A stretch of 64,000 nucleotides of DNA from the NCBI GenBank assembly GCA_009914755.4, contig CP068257.2:34080001-34144000 (forward strand), read 5' to 3'. Positions 26,021-37,109 of the stretch are shown piece by piece (positions within the stretch are counted from its first letter, which is position 1; each line of letters begins with the position of its first letter). This DNA is from the human T2T-CHM13v2.0 reference genome, Homo sapiens. A program made the translations under genes and the position numbers. The notes beneath the pieces were generated by a model. The model was given only the letters and a program-made list of their open reading frames with translations. It searched no databases and had not been told where the DNA came from.

Positions 26021-27214
26021 TAAATTCTAATTCTTTAGATATGTAGAAAGCATAGTCATTCCTTCCAAGTCCATAAAAGTGCCTTGCCCACAACATGTGT
26101 GTTATTTTTCAATCCAAGGCACTCTGCTGAAAGTTCAGACCAGCATGGCAAGCTGCGCAAGCACAATTTAAATTCCTACCACACCACACCATTTTGGCTG
26201 ATGTGTTCCTAAGTATTTAAGTCACTGAACATTCCCTTCTTCCCCCCCCCAACCCCTCTCACATGACACCACCAATTTTGCCTTAAGGGAAACCTAAATG
26301 CAGATTCCTGTGACCTGGAGTGGACAAGATAGAGAGTTAGTTCCTGCTGTGATCCTACTATCTTCCATCTGTAGAATCTACCAGAAAGTAAGCTAAAACT
26401 TAGGAGCAATGGGAAATGAAGCAAGGTTGCCCTTAAGCCCATTTGTCTGCCAAGACCTCTCTGCAAGTCCTAGACTGAATTGCCTTCCAGATGTCCACCA
26501 AGATAAAAAATGTCACTACTTCAGGCCAATTTCTTTGCTTCCTCCCCACATGTGAAACCAGACAGAGACCTGGGAGTTATCCTGGACTCCTTCCCTTAAA
26601 TGATCCCTCCCGCACAGTCCAAGTCCTGTCCATCTCTTGCTGAACAGATCACCTAAAGTCACCTGAGCCTGTCCTCTGCTCTCTATCCCCATCACATCGT
26701 CTTCAGTATAGAATTAGGAATGGGATTGCAGTCCCTTCACTGCCTTTTACCTGCACCCTAGGAGTATCTACCCTTCACCAACTCTCTGTTGCTTACACCA
26801 TCAACTTGTGGAGAGCTCCAGGCCTGAGAGATGGATGTGGGGGTGACTGGAAGCTCAGTTCTCACTCAGCCCCTTTGTCACTCACACTCTGCCTCAGCAT
26901 TCACAGCTTAACAAAGACCAATGCAGCCTTCCGGTAGACCCATAAATGGAAGCTATCAGGACCATGGTAGAAGCTGATTCACATTCCATAGGGGCATGCA
27001 AGGTTTTCCAAGACCCAGCCTCCTCTGAGTTTTAATTTGTAGAAATACTGGACTGCCTGTAGTTCCCCAAACTCACCAGCCTTTGCACGTGTGCTCCCAG
27101 CACAAAGCTGCTTCCCACATCCCCTCAGCTCCATACAACCCCTCCGCATTACTCATAGAGGAAAATCTATTTACACATTTTGCTTGCTCAGATGCAACAG
27201 CCCCTAGGATGGCC

Positions 27215-27466
27215 TTCTGACTTCAACTACCTCCTCCTTATCCCTGTCTTAGTCTGCTCTGGCTGCCATAGCAAATACTACAGACCCAATCGCTTAAACA
27301 TCAGAGATTTATCTTCTCACAGTTCTGGAGGTCAGAAGTCTAAGAGCAGGTTCCTGGTAATGGCTCTCTTTCTGGCTTGTAAATGGCAAGTCCTCACCAT
27401 GTCTTCACGTAACCTTTCCTCAGGGCCTGCCCACACAGACAGAGGGAGATCTCTGGTGTATCTTTC
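27215..27466 (-). mobile_element. MLT1-type MaLR LTR, left part (minus orientation); continues at 28271-28440 after a composite insertion
   Basis: 'cctgtcttagtctgctctggctgccatagcaaatactacagacccaatcgcttaaacatcagagatttatcttctcacagttctggaggtcagaagtctaagagcaggttcctggtaatggctctctttctggcttgtaaatggcaagtcctcaccatgtcttcacgtaacctttcctcagggcctgcccacacagacagagggagatctctggtgtatctttctcttg' matches the reverse complement of the MLT1 consensus 'ctgccataacaaaataccacagactgggtggcttaaacaacagaaatttatttctcacagttctggaggctggaagtccaagatcaaggtg...ctctggtgtctcttcctcttcttataaggacacc'. Confidence 0.75.
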
Positions 27467-27940
27467 TCTTGTTTTTTTAACTGGTGACCAATTTATTAAA
27501 ATAGTTGACTTAAGTATCTGCAATGGTGGCTTCAACCTCAAGTCCTCGCTCAATACTGATGGAAGTCATCCGCTCAACAATCTCAGAAGGGCTGTGCGAG
27601 TCAATGAGTGGCTTGTGGATTTTCATCTGGAAATGATCCCATGTCTTAGAACCTTCACCTCAAGGAGTTTTTCTTGTAGTAATTCTCAAAAGTCTTGGTA
27701 GGCATTCTAACTGGTCCTTTCACTTCGAGATTCTTTTCCTTTGCTCCTCTGTTCAAGTCAGCACACATTTCTCCAGAGATTTTATGTGGCAGCTCATTAG
27801 CGTGATTCGAATTCAGCAAATCACCACCTCCAGCTCCATGGGTGTTTTTCTGGGATCTTTAAAAGCCATGGCTGCAGTGCAGCTTCTTGACCGACTTGTT
27901 CGTTGGCGAGAGTGAACAGTGGTGAATCAGGAGCAAAAAG
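27467..27940 (-). pseudogene. RPS20: Processed (retrotransposed) pseudogene of ribosomal protein S20 (RPS20): full-length retrocopy from the 5'TOP through CDS and 3'UTR to a poly-A remnant, disabled by a premature stop and a 1-bp frameshift
   Basis: The reverse complement reads 'ctttttgctcctgattcaccactgttcactctcgccaacgaacaagtcggtcaagaagctgcactgcagcc ATG gcttttaaagatcccagaaaaacacccatggagctggaggtggtgatttgcTGAattcgaatcacgctaatgagc ... aaggaaaagaatctcgaagtgaaaggaccagttagaatgcctaccaagacttttgagaattactacaagaaaaactccttgaggtgaaggttctaagacatgggatcatttccagatgaaaatccacaagccactcattgactcgcacagcccttctgagattgttgagcggatgacttccatcagtattgagcgaggacttgaggttgaagccaccattgcagatactTAA gtcaactattttaataaattggtcacc'. 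It translates to [16 protein letters not shown]...[70 protein letters not shown]. That is about 85-90% identical to human RPS20 ([119 protein letters not shown]). There are no introns. The ATG is at 27867-27869 (minus) and the stop at 27510-27512. The 'aataaa' signal and a T7 poly-A remnant lie at 27467-27475. Confidence 0.85.
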
Positions 27941-27946
27941 CTATTC

Positions 27947-28270
27947 TTTTTTTTTTCCCATAGGTTACATGACTAAGTTATTTAGTGGTGATTTGTGAGA
28001 TTTTGATACACCCATCACCCAAGCAGTATACACTGCACTCAGTTTGTAGTTTTTTATCCCTCACCCCCTTCCCACCCTTTCCCCCGAGTCCTCAAAGTCC
28101 ACTGTGTCATTCTCATGCCTCTGCATCCTCATAACTCAGCTCCCACTTATGAGTGAGACCATATGATGTTTGGTTTTCTGCTCCTGAGTTACTTCACTTT
28201 TAGTCTCTAATCTCACCCAGGTTGCAGCAAATGCCACTAATTCATTCCTTTTTATGGCTGAGTAATATTC
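27947..28270 (-). mobile_element. Old L1 (L1PB/L1MA-like) 3' end fragment with poly-A tail, minus orientation, directly joined to the RPS20 pseudogene
   Basis: T12 (27947-27958) is followed by 'cccataggttacatgactaagttatttagtggtgatttgtgagattttgatacacccatcacccaagc ... ctcagctcccacttatgagtgagaccatatgatgtttggttttctg ... ggttgcagcaaatgccactaattcattcctttttatggctgagtaatattc'. This is the reverse complement of the L1 ORF2-end/3'UTR (compare 'cccacttatgagtgagaacatgcggtgtttggtttt...ttttatggctgagtagtattcc'). Confidence 0.7.
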
Positions 28271-28440
28271 TTTCCTCTTTGAAGGCCGCCAATCCTATCA
28301 GAGTAGGACCCCACCCTTATGACTGCATTAAACCTTAACCTCCTAAAAGCCCTACATCCAAACACAGTAATTCACAGCTTCAACACAGGAATTCTGAAGA
28401 ACACAATTTGGTCCATAGCAACCCATACCCCAATTCCCTG
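28271..28440 (-). mobile_element. MLT1-type MaLR LTR, right part (the continuation of 27215-27466)
   Basis: 'tttcctctttgaaggccgccaatcctatcagagtaggaccccacccttatgactgcattaaaccttaacctcctaaaagccctacatccaaacacagtaattcacagcttcaacacaggaattctgaagaacacaatttggtccatagca' matches the MLT1 reverse-complement consensus 'cttcttataaggacaccagtcatattggattagggccccacccttatgacctcatttaaccttaattacctc...ccaaatacagtcacattctgaggtactgggggttaggacttcaacatatgaatttt...cagtccatagca'. Confidence 0.75.
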
Positions 28441-30040
28441 ATAGAAAACACATTACCTACATACAGAAGAAAAATGACTTTCCTTGAGTACTCTACAAAT
28501 TAGTTTGTTTAGTGTTTTATTATAAAAGTTATTATTTGCAATCTATCTTACTATAATTGCACTATGTTCCATTATTATTTTTTGATAAGTAGAAATGCAA
28601 TATGTTTGCAAGTATGTGTTTTAATTCGTAACTTATGAAACTAGTAATAGCTGGCTGTTTTTTACCTAAATATGTCCATTTTATAGAGTTAAATCTAATA
28701 TAGATGTGTAATTTATCTTTATACATTGATCAACCAGATAAACTTGTAAATTAAATTTTATTTGCTATGTGCATTATTCGTTCCACAAAATTCTAACGAA
28801 AAAGGTTAAAAACAACCCACATGATTATGTAAACATCAAACTTTATTTTATGAAACTACAGAAGTTTAACTGAAGTTTCACTGTTGCCATCAATCTGTGA
28901 GTCCCAGCAGGAAAAGGAATTGATGGGCTGATAAGGGTCCACTTCACCTGCTTTTGAAGGAACCACACCTCTTCTCTTTCATGAATTATTAAAATCGAGA
29001 TACAAAAGTTGCCATTCTGGAAATGGATGGATGCTGTTAGCTGTCATGTGACAAGTGAGGTTTTATTTATTTTTAGCTCACAGTTCCCTCTCACATACAT
29101 ACTGAGAGACTGAAAAAAATGCTGGGGATCATTAAACATGACTGGTTTTATGGTATCTAACTACATCTTCAACGTTTACTAAGACTAAAATTTAATCTTT
29201 AATCTCAATTATATTACACATCATGAATAATGTGGACCTGAATTCCAGCTCCTGATTTCTTATGAAGTCAGTCTACAAAATAATCAAATTAATTTATACA
29301 AGTTACCCAGGAAAAACGGTTTGCTGACTATGGTTACATCTCACTTGCTTAACTTATTCAATGTTAAGCTTAATTTCCACAAGAGGTTGGAGCTACTAAG
29401 AGTTGTTTGTTAAGAAGCTGCGAAAAGAGCATACTTAGGTGTTTCCACACCAAACCAGACTGTGAGCCCCAGAAATGGACATGAGAGGCCTTACAAGACC
29501 TTCTTCTCCTTTACAGCCATTTCCTAAAGCAAATATTCAAAGTCTGCATTACCCATGAGTTGAACCATCCTATGCATACAAAATGGCCACTCAGAAGGAT
29601 TACGTAAAAGCTGCCATTCCTTTCTAATAGAAATGAGTTTGTGCACTGAAAGTCAGCAGTTCATCCACATTATATCCCAGAGGACTAATTTCTGCAGCTA
29701 GAGAACTGGAAAACCTCAGCATTTTTCAGGGAGAACAGAAACGTTATCCTATAGCTCTCCCTGCACCATCCTACCCTCCTCCTTGCCCACAGCCACTGAC
29801 GAGTCAGTGATAAAAGACTCCATCTTCACCTCAACTTGGATTTCATTTTTACTCTCCACTCCCTTAGACTTGAGGTTCTAGAACATTCCTTGCTTTTCAG
29901 ACTACCTTCAACTTGATCCGAGATTCAAACACCAGTTTCCCTGGTGTTTTTCTTTCTTATTCTCAGAAACATATTCTCTGCTAGACCACATAACCATTAA
30001 CTCCACACATCCTAAATTCTCTTACAAAAAAGAAAAAAAA

Positions 30041-30134
30041 GAGAGACAGGGTCTCTGTTGCCCAGGCTGGACTTGAACCCAAGGCCCAAGCGATCATTCC
30101 ACCTAAGCTTCCCAAGTAGCTGGAACTATAGGTG
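30041..30134 (-). mobile_element. Short old Alu fragment (right-monomer part), minus orientation
   Basis: 'gagagacagggtctctgttgcccaggctggacttgaacccaaggcccaagcgatcattccacctaagcttcccaagtagctggaactataggtg'. Confidence 0.6.
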
Positions 30135-30773
30135 ACTCCACACATTCTGAAGAGGAAGCTAGCATCCTCCCTACACAGCCCATTTTTGGTCCTATTATAG
30201 TTCTACCTTTTTTATAAATGATAAACTGATAACGGCTTCAAGAAACAAGTAAACTTTGAAAGATTGCAAAGGAACCCTTCCCTTAACCCTCCTCCATCTC
30301 CCCTCCATAATTCACCTTATTTTCCAGAGCCTGCTCTCCTCAACTACCTCATTCCAATTTACTATATGTTGGCTTCTGAAGAAAGCCAACGTTTGGAAGC
30401 CAATGTGTGGTAAATTGCTCATTGCTAACTGAGGTGTATTTAAGTTTGCATAGTGACTATTATGAGCAGTATTTCATACATTCTTAGCAGTCAGAGAAGC
30501 CTTCCTGCGAACGACCACCACTCTTCTACCTCTTTTTCCCCTCCTCTCCCACCCATGCACACATCCCTTTCTGTTTATGGAATTCATAAAAACATGTAGC
30601 AAGCTGAATCTAAAAAGTCCCTGGTCCCTTCTAAAGAAGTCTGTTATAAAGAGTGGAAGAAACAGCCAAAGAAGCTATTGCCAATGAAAAGAGAGACCTC
30701 GAACCTTAATATTGTTTCCCATGTCTTTGCTCAACACTTTGGAAGAGATTTTATGGGTTTTGTTTTTCCAGTA

Positions 30774-31292
30774 CAGTTGACTCTTGCACAATATGGGTAT
30801 GAACTATGCAGGTTCATTTATACAGACTCTTTTTCAGTAAAAGTTACACTGAACATGCCTCCTCTCCTGACCTCCCTTCCACCTCCTCCATCTCTGCTGC
30901 CTCTGCCCCTCTTGAGACAGCAAGGCCAACCCCTCCACTTCCTCCTCCTTATCAGCCTACTCGACATGAACATGATGAAGATGAAGACCTTTATGATGAT
31001 CCACTTCCACTCAATGAATAGTAAATGTATTTCATCCACCTTTTTCTTAATAACATTTTCTCTTCTCTAGCTTACTTTATTGTGAGAATGCAGTACATAA
31101 TATATATATATAACATACAAAATATGTGCTAATTGACTGTCTGTGTTATCAGCAAGGCTTCCAGCCAACAGTAGGCTATTGGTTAAGTTTTTGAGGAGCA
31201 GGCTATTGGTGAAGTTATACATGGATTTTCAACTGCATTGGTGGAGGAGGGGGGTCAGCATCCCTAATCACCACATTGTTCAAGGATCAACT
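30774..31292 (+). mobile_element. Non-autonomous Tc1/mariner (pogo/Tigger2-like) DNA transposon with recognisable terminal inverted repeats (TIRs), ~519 bp
   Basis: The 5' TIR is 'cagttgactcttgcacaatatgggtatgaactatgcaggttcatttatacag'. The 3' TIR is 'catccctaatcaccacattgttcaaggatcaact', the reverse complement of 'agttgatccttgaacaatgtgg'. The internal text 'cctactcgacatgaacatgatgaagatgaagacctttatgatgatccacttccactcaatgaatagtaaatgtatttcatccacctttttcttaataacattttctcttctctagcttactttattgtgagaatgcagtacataatatatatatataacatacaaaatatgtgctaattgactgtctgtgttatcagcaaggcttccagccaacagtaggctattggttaagttttt' matches the Tigger2-type consensus from memory. TA dinucleotides flank it at 30772-30773 and 31294-31295. 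Confidence 0.6.
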
Positions 31293-31712
31293 ATAATTTC
31301 TTTGCTGTGCCCAAAATTTGAGAGGTACTTATAACTGCTGGTAGAATTTTTCCTGTGTAAAAATAGGTGGCATTTGTCTGAGAAAACCAAACCTGGGAAA
31401 GCACAGATTCAATCTGAATTCCAAAAGGGTGTGCTTTCCCATCTGTACACTAAAAGATTTCCCTGTAATTCCATTTGCTGGTGACTGCACATTTTTCAAA
31501 TTAAACTTGAGGAAGGAAGAGAACACTTGTCCTTGAGAAGTTTATAGCAACAGAAGCACCAGAATAGAAACTTTAGATAACTTAGAAAAATTAAACACCT
31601 CTAAACAGCACCCCAAAAAAGTTAGCCATTTTTAAGATATGAACATTTTATTTTTTCTTAATTAGAGCATTGAATATCATAAGTAGATCAAGTGTGTTTG
31701 CTCCTGTTATTA

Positions 31713-32042
<330 letters not shown>

Positions 32043-32922
32043 TTAGTGCTTGAAAGTGCTCTGCCCTTTAAAAAATATACCTTACAGAGACTAGAGACAT
32101 ATAACTAAATACAATCTTAGACTGAGTCCTTATTGAAGGAAAAAAAGTGTTATAAGTACATTGTTGGGTCAATTAACAAAACTGGAATATGGACAGTAAA
32201 TAAGAGTATTATATTGAGGCAAAATTTACCAAAGTTGATAAGCGTACTACAGCTGTGCAAAAGAATAAATATTCCTAGTCTTAGGAAATACACTCTGAGG
32301 GATTTAGGGGTAAAGGGCCATGGTGTACGCAACTTGCTTGCAAAGGAGACAAATATATTTTTTCTATGTTATGCATACATGTATATGTGTATGTATGGAA
32401 AGAGAGAGCAAATGATAAAGCCAATGGAATAAAATGTCCACAACAGGTGATTCTGGATAAAGGGTATTTGTTGTGCTTCTCAATATTTTTACTATTGCAA
32501 TTTTTCTGTAATTTGAAATGAGTTCCACACTAGAAGTTTAACAAATATACACCTTACAGTTTGAAATTATGTTTTAAAGAAAAGTTGGAAAGCGGAGAGA
32601 CAAAAGGGGGAAAAAAACAGGTAAAAAATTAATTTCGGGAAAATAATTATCCACACATCTAGGTGGCTTCTTCCCATCTTCTGAGACAGGTCAGCATCAT
32701 AGATGCCTACTGTACTCCAGTCCTCAGCCTCATTCTTATCTCTCCAGTCTTCCTGATCAGGAAATAGCTTCAAAGGTCAGCCAGGTTGGCTCAAAAAATC
32801 CACAGACAAAATGGGTGAAAATGAGTATCTTGGAAATGGTGTGTTGCATCCTCTTGGTCCTGAGCACTCTGCCTCCTCGTGCTGCTCCTGGAGCCACCAC
32901 TGAATCAGGCAAACACATTTCT

Positions 32923-33253
<331 letters not shown>

Positions 33254-33654
33254 AGGCAAACACATTTCTATGCCAGACCTCTAGGGGGAACTCCTTGGGA
33301 TTGACGCTCAAAGGCATGAAGCTTTGAATTTCTCTCTCAATGTTACAAAACTTAAAACCCCCTTCGAAATAGATGGCTACGCTGCAGACCAAGGTACTAA
33401 ACAATATTTTATTATAACAATAATCATTAGTGATGTCAATTGAGAAAAATGACAACACAAGTCTCAATCATTTTAGGAAGTTTATTTGCCAAAGGTAAGA
33501 ATGCGAGCCTGGGAGACAGGTCTATGCCTTTCTCCAAAGATGATTCTGAGGGCTCCAAATTTAAAGGGGAAAGGGCAGGATATTGCAAAGTACACAATTT
33601 TCACGTAAGAGGGGGCTAGGAAAAATTAGTCATTCGTGCCTTTGTCTGGCTCAA

Positions 33655-33775
33655 TAAATCTGCATTTTTTTTATGTAAGATGACATAGACAAATAAGGCA
33701 GAGGAAAAAGGCAGGCAATCTGCATTTTACATAAGATAACATAGACAAAATGGGGCAGGGAAATAATCAGATAGG
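33655..33775. repeat. Tandem duplication, 2 diverged copies of a ~60-bp unit
   Basis: Copy 1 is 'tctgcattttttttatgtaagatgacatagacaaataaggcagaggaaaaaggcaggcaa'. Copy 2 is 'tctgcattttacataagataacatagacaaaatggggcagggaaataatcagataggca'. Confidence 0.7.
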
Positions 33776-34084
33776 CATTTGGGTCAGTTGGGCAGGAGGA
33801 TGGCTGCACCTGTAAAGATAAGCTATCAATTTGCATTGCCATGGTGAAATTTTAACAGAAACACCTTAGAGTAAAGATCTTGCAGCTCACCAGGAATTTA
33901 CTTGTAGGCAAAATATGGGGGAGACATGTAGCTTTTCATCTTGTAGCCATCTTATTTAGGAATGAAAAACGGGGAGGCAGGTTTGGGTGACCCCGTCCCT
34001 AGCTCCACTTTTCCCTTTGGCTTAATGAGTTTGGGGTCCCAAGATTTAATTTCCTTTCACAATATCATTCTATTCTAAGCCACT

Positions 34085-34285
34085 GAAATGTGTTAACTCA
34101 TTTAATCCTCACAACAACCTTGTAAGAGAAGTATATGATTACTTCCAGTTTATAATACAAATGAAGAAATCAAAGCCCAGACAGAATAAGTAACTTGCCC
34201 AAGGTCATGCAACTGGTAAGCCACTGAATTTGAACCCAGGAAATTTGACTTCAAAGACCACATTCTTAATTACCACACTCAACTT
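34085..34285 (-). mobile_element. MIR SINE (minus orientation)
   Basis: 'catttaatcctcacaacaaccttgtaagagaagtatatgattacttccagtttataatacaaatgaagaaatcaaagcccagacagaataagtaacttgcccaaggtcatgcaactggtaagccactgaatttgaacccaggaaatttgacttcaaagaccacattcttaattaccacactc' matches the MIR reverse complement. Confidence 0.8.
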
Positions 34286-36016
34286 CTCAACTGCACCATC
34301 CTAAGACCCAGACATCAACCTTCATCTGTTAGCCAGTTAGAACAATTCAAATTATCCTGGTTGAGTGGCCTGGATGTCACTACAGATGCGATATTGCCTT
34401 TGTTTACAATCCCATTGTCTAAGCTTCATAAGGCAAACCCCTATTGAAAAGTCAAGTTTACTCCATGGTTGCTATTAAATTTCTGGGGCCATGTTCAGCA
34501 TTTGTTCTTTTCACCCCCGTCAAATGAACTGGATAGACTAAGCAACTAATTGATTTTCTCCATAAAATCTTCAACAATTTTCTCATAACCCAAAATGATC
34601 TCTCCCCTCTAAATCCATTATGAATCATCAGGTGGTGTTCGGCTTCCATAACAATAGACAATGTGCCATTTCCTTGCACATAATCCCTGGGTGGCAGGAC
34701 CTAAGATTTGTTCGGTTGGCTTAGCTCATACTTCACATAGATTCTGATCAAGAAATCTATTTTCCCCTCTCTGGGAAGCAGGAGATCCACGGCTGGCTTT
34801 CATGGAAAACAAGCAACCACTTATCTCATGGGCTTTCCAGTCTCAAAAGAAAGCCCCACAGCTATAATAGGGAGGGTGCTGTAGTAGAGGTTATAGAAGT
34901 AGTAGTAGTAATAGTCTCATAGCACCAGTAATAGGCGTAGTGGCTAACATTTCACCAAGTATCAGGTCCGACTTTAAATACTTTACCTCATCACATCCCT
35001 ATGATGTAAGTACTGTCGTATCCCATTTTATAAATGAGAAGGCTGAGGCACAAAATAAGGCAGGTATGTGGGCCCTTGGAAAGTCAGATTTTGCAGCCAC
35101 CTTGTATTGGTCAGACAGTCTTACCACTGTAGCAAACAACCCCACTTCTCAGTAGTGTCACCTAATGAAGATTCATCCCCCAGTCATAGCACAGTCTGAT
35201 GAGATACTCAGCAGCATCCTTCCACAAGGTGATTCAGAAGCCCTGGGCCCTCCCTCCTAGAGGCTCCATCATCCTCTGGTCTTTGGAGTTCTCCGTGGAC
35301 CATGTCCAGTTGACAGAGAATAAGGAGGCCTGAAATATGGTCTCCTGTGTGATCAAGAGAAAAATGAACACATTGATGAACACACGGTATGCTCTCAGAG
35401 CAATCTTAGAAGCGTGGGTCACTTAGGGACAGAGGATAGACAGCAAGAGAAGAATGCTGGCCCCGACCACCTCTCCAGTGTGAATGCCACCTTCCCTCCC
35501 TCACCGTTCCCCAAGCAGAGAACCAACATTCACACAAATCGGATTATGACTTCTCGTGTTTTCAAGAACGGTCAGTCCTCTGAGTCTTCCAGGCCAGAGT
35601 CTCCCTCCACAACTAAACGCAGAAGTGGGGTGGAATAAAGGACAGAGGTACGTGAACTTTCTCTGACTCACCTGGGCTTCGGCCGGAAATAAGCAAAGTG
35701 CTGATACCTGACGTAGCCGTGACCTGGGCAAGGTATTGTTTCACATGATCCTGTTCCTGAGTGCTTAGGCAAGGCTCGACCAGCCTGAGTCTCACTCTGG
35801 CTCCTACCACACCTTGTTTATTAAGTCATAAAACTTTCATGAAGTTAAGCCAGGCATAGCGGGGCTCATCTGACTACAGCTACAAGCCTCCAGAAGAGTG
35901 CTGGCACTAAGACAGACATTTGTCGAAGGGTGACTACCTCTCTGCTTGCCATTCAATTATGTCCTGTTTGTTATGAATTTTATTTGATTCCTCCATCAGA
36001 ATTTCCTTTCCAATTA

Positions 36017-36523
<507 letters not shown>

Positions 36524-36664
36524 TCAATGTTTTCTTTTTTTAAAAAAACTTTTGAGTCAACGTAACTTTTTCCCTGACTGTTTTGTTCCTTGATGTTCTT
36601 GCCTTTACCTGGTGTCAAAACCCATCTGTGAGCACAGTTAGATAAGGCTTCTCATTGTTCTCAG

Positions 36665-36770
36665 GGTGCATAAAATCCCTCTCCCTCCCTTCCTTCTCTC
36701 CCTCTCCCTGTGCCTTTCTCTGGCTCTCTCTTTTTCTGCCTACCTCATCTCTACCCTTCCTCCTTCCAGA
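36665..36770. repeat. Polypyrimidine (CT-rich) low-complexity tract
   Basis: 'cctctccctcccttccttctctccctctccctgtgcctttctctggctctctctttttctgcctacctcatctctacccttcctccttcc'. Confidence 0.75.
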
Positions 36771-37109
36771 AGCTTTCAAATACAAATTGAGAAAGAAGAA
36801 AACTCCCCAAATAAAACTATACAAGCAAATCCATTCGGCATAATATCTGTGTCATTCTGTATGAAAATCATTAGGTAAGTGTGACCTGAGAGAATTAGAG
36901 AAAATAAATAGGAGCAACTAGAAACCAATGCACCTGGTATAACTAATAAAGAAAACATGAGACTTTTAGTGAAAGGAGTTAAATAAGACCACTGAAAGTT
37001 GATGTGATAGGAACCACATCAGGACTAAGCACCTTTTAAATAAACTAATCCTGCACTTTAGGAAATCAAAACTACAGCTGGCAGTATCCAGTTCACATCA
37101 CTGTGCTGA

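Noticed and set aside
27180-27701. A 173-aa plus-strand ORF.
   Set aside because: It spans an MLT1 LTR and the antisense strand of the RPS20 processed pseudogene. The meaningful reading is RPS20 on the minus strand, and that is itself disabled. This is a chance ORF.
35670-35690. The consensus 5' splice site 'cag|gtgagtcag' on the minus strand, considered as evidence of an exon.
   Set aside because: I did not call it a feature. The same bases form an AP-1 motif (tgagtca), and GTGAGT occurs by chance about once per 4 kb. It is kept only as supporting context in the finding for 35340-35800.
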